NCBI GenBank assembly: GCA_000002445.1
Contig: CH464491.1
Span: 1,984,001-2,048,000, forward strand
Source: Trypanosoma brucei
Taxonomy: Eukaryota
Direction: 5' to 3'
Length of the DNA: 64,000 bases
The position numbers and the translations under genes are program-made. Below are positions 63,273 to 64,000 of this stretch, in pieces. The number at the start of each line of letters is the position of its first letter. Position 1 is the first letter of the stretch. A model generated the notes under the pieces. It did no database searches. It worked only from the letters and a program-made list of their open reading frames with translations, and had not been told where the DNA came from.

Positions 63273-63707
63273 GGTATGCCGCCAACTAAAGGAGGAAAGC
63301 GTCCGCTCCCACTCGGTGGAAAGGGAAAGGGCAAACGCCCACCCGGTCAGACAACAAAGTCATCAAGCAGCAGGAAGAAGAGTGGCGCTCGTCGCGGAAA
63401 GAAACAACAACGTTGGGATTTATACATCCACCGAACTCTCCGTCAAGTTTACAAGCGCGGCACGCTCTCCAAGGCTGCCGTCCGCGTCCTATCATCCTTC
63501 ATTGAAGACATGTACGGGAAAATTCAGGCTGAGGCGGTTCATGTGGCGTGTATTAACAACGTAAAGACTCTTACTGCTCGTGAAATTCAAACATCCGCGA
63601 GGTTGCTTCTTCCACCAGAACTGGCAAAGCACGCCATGAGTGAGGGCACAAAGGCAGTCGCCAAATACAACGCGTCACGCGAGGAGGCGTACTCCAAGGT
63701 ACTGTAG
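63273..63707 (+). CDS. H2BV: Histone H2B variant (144 aa from MPPTKGG). The histone-fold core is H2B-like, but the N-tail and several core positions diverge from canonical trypanosomatid H2B, so I assign it to H2B.V.
   Basis: H2B fold and C-terminal helix: YIHRTLRQVYKRGTLSKAAVRVLSSFIEDMYGKIQAEAVHVACINNVKTLTAREIQTSARLLLPPELAKHAMSEGTKAVAKY. An upstream ATG at 63210 exists, but the first AG after the polyY tract (63180-63202) lies downstream of it, so 63273 is the more likely start. Confidence 0.75.
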   Translation, partial: GMPPTKGGKRPLPLGGKGKGKRPPGQTTKSSSSRKKSGARRGKKQQRWDLYIHRTLRQVYKRGTLSKAAVRVLSSFIEDMYGKIQAEAVHVACINNVKTLTAREIQTSARLLLPPELAKHAMSEGTKAVAKYNASREEAYSKVL

Positions 63708-64000
63708 AGCATATATTCAAGATACAAAGGAAATAGATCATTTTCCTTTCCTTCTTGTTTCCTCCCTTCCTGTATTTGTGAGTTTTTTTTAATTTTCTGT
63801 TGATTACTCACCGCTTTTGTTGTTGTCGTTGTCGCCCGTTTGGTTGCTCGAGATCATCATTTTTGTTTCCCACTTCGTGCCAGGAGGTCTTACATTCCTT
63901 TTGTTGTTTTGTTATTTGCATTTCCCAACCCTGCCTCTCCACACCTGCGAAAAGAAAAAAAAATGCACTGAAAAGGGAGGGGATTAGCCGTAACATTAGA

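Noticed and set aside
1-64000. Possibility of a prokaryotic-style defence system, CRISPR array or operon
   Set aside because: The sequence is eukaryotic (kinetoplastid). It shows polycistronic strand-pure gene blocks, polyY-AG trans-splice signals, histone, ORC1/CDC6, proteasome and BEACH genes. There are no direct-repeat/spacer arrays, no Shine-Dalgarno-linked operons and no phage-defence domains.
1-64000. Retroposons (ingi/RIME/SLACS-like) or other mobile elements
   Set aside because: No reverse-transcriptase, endonuclease or long terminal direct repeats were detected. No truncated copies of known kinetoplastid retroposon motifs were seen.

Overview
This window reads as nuclear DNA from a trypanosomatid, most like the Trypanosoma brucei group, rather than as prokaryotic DNA. 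It is intron-less and densely coding, with every gene on the minus strand from 1 to 15612 and every gene on the plus strand from 19567 to 63707. The two blocks are separated by an ORF-free divergent strand-switch region of about 4 kb (15613-19566). This is the signature of two divergent RNA polymerase II polycistronic transcription units. Pyrimidine tracts followed by AG (trans-splice acceptor signals) precede most ORFs. Recognisable products are listed here. Minus strand: a MORN-repeat protein (partial, runs off the 5' window edge), an RRM-like protein, a GRIP-domain golgin (GRIP70-like), a GCN2-like eIF2alpha kinase with RWD and HisRS-like domains, an SNF2 ATPase fused to a C-terminal HNH nuclease (ZRANB3-like), a gamma-carbonic-anhydrase-like protein, and an ERGIC3/Erv46-like protein. 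Plus strand: trimethylguanosine synthase TGS1, a methyltransferase-like hypothetical, a small hypothetical, ORC1/CDC6, a PPR-like protein, a 3042-aa BEACH-WD40 giant, a DHHC palmitoyltransferase, a CCDC65/DRC2 ortholog, a hypothetical, a 78-aa membrane mini-ORF, proteasome beta-3, an RPB9-family zinc-ribbon RNAP subunit, a 1467-aa phosphoesterase / degenerate acyl-CoA-synthetase-like / pantothenate-kinase fusion, an MFS transporter, an RRM-like basic protein, an LRR-dual-specificity-phosphatase, an Mpv17/PMP22-like protein, a class-V PLP enzyme, and a histone H2B variant. The adjacency of eIF2K1-like and ORC1/CDC6 genes matches what I recall of T. brucei chromosome 11. There are no CRISPR arrays, operons, retroelements or rRNA, and I could not convincingly identify any tRNA. 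Caveat on the supplied ORF track: it uses TTG/GTG as starts, so I moved several starts to the first in-frame ATG downstream of the polyY-AG signal.
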